A stretch of DNA of 64,000 bases from assembly GCA_022813965.1 (NCBI GenBank), contig JALDZS010000102.1, forward strand, positions 1-64,000, given 5' to 3'. The notes beneath the pieces were generated by a model, which made no database searches, was not told where the DNA came from, and worked only from the letters and a program-made list of their open reading frames with translations. Source of the stretch: Toensbergia leucococca (Eukaryota). Below are positions 59,151-64,000 of this stretch, one piece after another (position 1 is the first letter of the stretch; every line of letters begins with the position of its first letter). The position numbers and the translations under genes were made by a program.

Positions 59151-60534
59151 ATGTTCACCAAAGAGAAATACTGCGCCGTCTGTGGCTGCATTTTCAGTCT
59201 ACCTGAGCTTTGGGATCGAGAGAATCTGAGTCTGAAAGATGATCCAATACTCGAGATCATTGATCCATACGACGCACGTATACTGCCAAAATCGCAGACT
59301 CTGATAAGCCGCCTTATTCTGAGACAGACAAATCAGATTCAAAGTCTTCATCTTGCAATCATGAAGTCTACAATGACTAACCCGCCTGGAACATGTAATA
59401 GTGGCTCACAGACTTCGTGGTTGTCGGTCGTTGGGCAAAGCCGTACGTCTTCCGTCTTTTTTCCTTATGTATCCTGAAGTTACCTTGTTGGTCATCTACT
59501 TCAAACACCTTTCTTGGATCCGCTCATCTCACAGCGCTTGGCACCTCTCCCCTGACCTAATCATATCATGCAGTTCACATAGCTAGCATTTACACCCGTA
59601 CTAACACGCCCCAAGACATCGGACCCTCGTCAACGATTCTGTGACACCCTCAATCTTTTTGTCCGGCACAGCCAAATGGGCTTACGGGGAAGGCTTCGGC
59701 GAACCCTCCATCCCCCTCACCAACGGCTCACGCGACAATATCTCCGTCTACGAATTTTGCGACAATATTGGCGAGATGTTATTCCCCATTCACAAACGCT
59801 GTCTGAACATTGCTAGAAATCTGCTATATGAGCGGAGTAAGACACCACTTCTAAAACTCACCACCCTTTATGAATTCCTGGACATTTTGAGGGATAGGAG
59901 AATTGCGAACAGCAATGACTTGGCGCAAAAATGGGCTTCAAATGAAACCTACGGCAACAGGGGCGGGCTGGAGTGGTCACACAAATACTTCGGTGCGAGG
60001 CGTTTCTGGGCAGATGAGTGGGACGCAGAGCCAGGGTGGGAGGTTCGCCAGCCCTTCCCTAGTCCCTCTCCTTTGCTCTGTACTTGTTCAACTTTTGCAC
60101 CGCGTTCTCTGTTGTGATTAGCGTCATCAGAAGTCAACGCTTCTTTTCACTAATTCGTTCCCTCAAACCACACACAGTTTCTCTGCGCTGACCCAGTCGT
60201 TTTCCCACCTCCTGCAACTCGGGTTCTCAAGTAATTCAAGCGCGCTGTCAGCAGAATTGAACGTCCAGAAGAACAGCCCACCAGCGAGTCTACGTTATCT
60301 TTGGTCTTTCCCGTCAAGATCCCAGCCCGTTCATCCAAGACAACAAAAATCGCGGCTAGGAACCCATTATCAGGCATTGAACTTTCGGACCCAGCGTTTG
60401 TACAAATCCTGAATATGGCCATTGGGGTCAAGGAGGGGAATAATGCAGATGACGTGCCGCTAGGATTGCAGAATCGGTGGCGGATAAACCGTATTCTGGA
60501 ATCATTTGTTGCCAATTCCCTTGGTTCTTACTGA
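59151..60534 (+). pseudogene. Paralog B of the 56301-57697 gene, disabled
   Basis: Same 4-exon structure. The intron 1 donor reads ATAAGC at 59304 (GTAAGC in A), and there is an in-frame TAA at 60232-60234 where A has AAA. Confidence 0.78.
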
Positions 60535-61670
60535 TGAGTTAAAACCTGGGCTACATTGATAAGTTGATGTCGTCAACTAGGAGAAGTTTTCTACATGCAG
60601 TTTATTGAATATGGAGAGCGTACAGGAGGCTTGCTCATATCTTGTCAATGCCAAATAGCTAGGTAGTAAACAATGCAAGTCACAATCTCAACCAGACACT
60701 ACCTACATCTCTCTTCTTTCCCCAACCTTATTCCCGATCTCTTCATCTGCTCCGTCATCACGCTTATCACTTTGCACAAAGTGATTCCACCTCCTCACCA
60801 TCGCTCCATACCTGACAATCATCTGCCATTGTTCGTTGTTGGATTAAGGTGTGACGCAAAGCACGAAACAAGCAAGTCGCAGCCGAGACGTCGAGTGACG
60901 TCGATCTCTATTTTTGTCACTAGAATAGATTACGTCAAACCACGCCCAATCTTCGTATTCTATCTTACATTTACCGATGATTATGAACATCAATTATTTC
61001 CTTTCTGCCAATAGTCTCGCTTGCGTTGGTTGTCAAGTGGCCTTTATAAAGCAACATAAATGTTGTGCTTGGACTAACCCTCTATACCGCCGATGTTTGA
61101 CCAATGGTACAAGTGTTCAGGTAGGTGGTTGTGGACTCGGACTCCGAGACCATTCAAGCAGAGTCGTACTACACCACATCGGCCGGAGATAATCTGACTT
61201 TGCCGCGCCATATGCACCCCAGAGCAAGCACTGACAAAGTCTCCTGACTGGAAGTATGACAAACTCCTACCTATCGGTAAAAAGATCTTCGTCTCGTCTT
61301 TCTTCGAGTTCGCATTCCCCCCGAGGACATGTAAACCACCAACGCTACCGAGCCGCATCGCCTTTATCTGATGCAAGAAGTTGGCGTTTCAACCTCGAAC
61401 TTAGATCTGTCATGCCGATAGTGTCAATTGATCTCTCAGTCTCTATATATTGGTCAAATCATGATCGCTTTTATTTGTTTCTAGATCTGCAGAATATCAT
61501 TGTCAATTCTCCCATGAGATTTTCATTGAACGTTACATCAAGCATTAGCAAAATACAGCGGGTCTGTTAGCTACATCCGAATACCTTAAGCTTTTGGGAA
61601 GCAGCAAGATCTTCATATCATAATACCAAAATCCTCAACCCCAACACTCCGCCCACCCGATCCATCAGCG

Positions 61671-62006
61671 ATGGACTCCACACCCCCAACCCCCGCCAAC
61701 ACCCCCCAATCGACCCCGCGCTCCTCCTACTCTCAAACTCGCCCCACACCACCCACCCGCACCCTCAGCTGCACCCTCCCGTCCCCCAAACCCTCCGCAA
61801 CTCCCAAACCCCTCACCCGCCCTGCACGCAGCTCTTCCACAACCTCAACAGCCTCCTCCTCCTGGTCTTTAAAATCCAATCCCTCCACGCCGTCAAGAAA
61901 GCAGTCGCGAGCTTCGAGCACCACGATGCAGTGCGGACGGCACGGGGACGAGTGGTTGTTTGGGAAGTGGAGTCTCGTGGAGACTGTGAAGGGGCTGTGG
62001 CAGTGA
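61671..62006 (+). CDS. Small Ser/Pro/Thr-rich protein with a C-terminal CGRHxxEWLFG motif
   Basis: 111-aa ATG ORF. The low-complexity body ends in MQCGRHGDEWLFGKWSLVETVKGLW, a pattern I recall from small uncharacterised ascomycete proteins. Confidence 0.7.
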   Translation: MDSTPPTPANTPQSTPRSSYSQTRPTPPTRTLSCTLPSPKPSATPKPLTRPARSSSTTSTASSSWSLKSNPSTPSRKQSRASSTTMQCGRHGDEWLFGKWSLVETVKGLWQ

Positions 62007-63280
62007 ACGCTGCTTCTGTTGGGTCAGAAAGCTGAAACTTGGGTAAACGGAAGTTTTTAGATATCTATAAACATATCATTCGTTTCAATGGCCTGTTGAT
62101 CTTTCGATGGACATCCCCTCCGCGGAGCACCTGATTCAGGTCTTCAAACTTTCATTTTCAGCTCAGAAATCTCATCAACTCCAACAGGGTCCTTTTCTTC
62201 TCCATGCACTTCTCAGCTCACCATCGCAGAGCTTCAGCACTTAAAAACAAAAAACCATATTCCACCCAACTTTGATCCCATCCACTCACTCCCCCCCCCC
62301 ACTCTCCCAGCCCCAAAAAAGAAAACAAACCCCAACTGACCCCAAAACCCCCCTTGTCCTACACACCCCTCCCATCTCCCTCCCCAATCAATCATCCCAA
62401 CCCCCTTTCCCACCACCCAACACAAAACACGCACCTCGCCCTCCTCCCCCCCTCCTCAGTGTTAAAAAAGCCCCAACTCCCCCCTTCCCGCAGCAGAGGT
62501 AGGTATCGAATCAGCAAGTCTCCCACCCACTCCTCCCTCCACCCCTTTCGAAAAAACAAGAAAATAAGACATAATCTCTCAAAGTCAGGCTTACCAAAGT
62601 GTCAATTTCAGTTCCGGGGTTAAGTCAAGGGTGCTGTGCCATCTCTGTACTCGAATCCTCGCCTTTTGGGATTGTGTTCGCTACTTACTCTGGCGTTGAG
62701 CTCTTGCTTGCTACTTTTCTTCTTTTCCCGCTTTTTCCTTTTTCCCAAATTCTGCCGGGGGGGGGAAGAGAGAGAGATGATTTATCTCGTCGGCAAGATT
62801 CGTGTCAGATATTGGTTTTTCTTTTGCTCTTGTTTTTGTGGAGAGGAGTTCCGGTACCGAGGGGGCTGGGGTTTGGCTAGATTTGGGATTTGAGCTTTGT
62901 TTCTTGGGTGGGTTGAGGTGCTTTTGGCTCTGTTGAGTTTGGGCTGTTTGTTGAGAGTGGCCGAGGGTCATTGGAGCGATGGGAGTTGTTGGGTGTTATG
63001 TTTGCGATATCTTTGGTTTTTGGAAATGCCCCTGAAATCGGGACCTCATCGTTTCATGGCTTGGGAGAGTTTCGTCTCTGGACTGGGGGGCTTGTTGCTG
63101 CTGCTGCTGCTGCTTGATAATGGGACGATTGGGCTGATGGGAAGGGTGTGGCAGTAGACTTTTGTTGAAATTGGCGACGGCGTGGCTTCATTGAGAGGAA
63201 GCACAGTTTGGAATTTTGGGATATTTGATAGACTTCGGGTTCCGGTACCACTATCACAGGCCTCCGATGCCATCTCCACT

Positions 63281-64000
63281 TCAACACTGAAACGCCACGC
63301 CCTCTCTCTGCGCCATATTTTTCCCTCCGCCCGCAAAACCGGTCCCCTCGCTACCAATCTCCACCAAACCTGGCTTGAGCCTATCCCTCTCCTCCTTCCC
63401 TTCTTTCCCACTCTTCTTTCCGCCACCCTTATCCGTCAAGGCTGTGTCGCAGACGTAGCATTGCACGGCAGCAGCTTCTTGCTCCGAGTTGTTGTTCTTC
63501 GGAGCATGTGGATCGGAGAGAGGTTCCTTTGCAGGCGTCATGAATTTCCCCACGCAGGGTTTGCAGATTACGTGACCGCAGGGAATGGTGAGCATGGCTT
63601 TCAGACCGTTGCTTAGGCCCTTTTTGCAGGCGGGGCAGATGAGTAAGGGGGTATTGGATGCGGTTGAGGAGTTTGAGGTTGGGGAGCCAGAGGTGCTGAA
63701 GGTGATTGGGATAAGGGTTTTTAGGGAGAGAGGGTGTGTGGTTGTGGTGCTGGAGGCGGGGCAGAGAGGGTGGAGTTTTGGGGGTTTGAGAGAGGCGGAT
63801 GTGGGGTTCGAGGATGGAGTGAGGGATGGGACCCAGAAGGAGGGGAGGGTCGGTTTGGAGGACTTTTGGAAGGGAGAGATTAGCTATGATAGCCTCGTAA
63901 AGATAGGGGGAAATGGAAGCACCTTCTCCTCATCTAGCGCCTTCCTTGCCTTCACCCTCTCTTCTTTCGCGTTCTTCAACATCTCCTCTTCATCCAATTC
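63281..64000 (-). CDS. NOSIP-like RING/U-box protein, 3' part (5' end beyond the window)
   Basis: LPSFWVPSLTP, PLCPAS..HPLSLKTL, ICPACKKGLSN...PCGHVICKPC...CYVC and EGTGFAGGG..GVAFQC*. Intron 63863-63922. Confidence 0.85.

Noticed and set aside
61256..61570. GHVNHQRY resembling a hotdog thioesterase motif
   Set aside because: The preceding Asp motif and surrounding fold pattern are absent, and there is no coherent gene.
1..64000. tRNA, rRNA, CRISPR arrays and telomeric tracts; the many short antisense ORFs in the track
   Set aside because: No cloverleaf, 5S, repeat-spacer or (TTAGGG)n arrays were seen. The short ORFs overlapping real genes are shadow frames.

Overview
This is eukaryotic nuclear DNA from a filamentous ascomycete (Pezizomycotina-type short GT-AG introns with CTRAC-like branch sites). 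Two blocks of conserved genes flank a gene-poor stretch. The left block (1.3-18.7 kb, all minus strand) holds two hypothetical proteins, a Ubp12-type deubiquitinase, a GPI-anchored Cys-rich wall protein, a GH76 Dfg5/Dcw1 and the sorting nexin Atg20/Snx41. The right block (46.4-64 kb) holds THADA/Trm732, TIM23, a GH128 glucanase, a duplicated Cys-motif gene pair (one copy pseudogenised), a small conserved protein and a NOSIP-like RING protein cut by the window edge. The middle (about 19-46 kb) has one apparently intact amidase and many gene relics (AsaB/CmcJ-like, CorA-like, F-box-like, BTB-like, gag-like), plus a 676-bp TA-flanked foldback MITE and a family of three related hydrophobic micro-ORFs. 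The most notable observations are: (1) an ultra-short (about 70 nt) stem-loop plus (CAT)n-tail insertion present twice, 56 kb apart, each copy with its own target-site duplication, and with an empty site visible in a paralog; (2) a likely ACG-initiated, NLS-bearing N-terminal extension of Ubp12; (3) a PRAS40-like motif arrangement in a fungal hypothetical protein; (4) the MRPST micro-ORF family. All calls were made by eye, without database searches.
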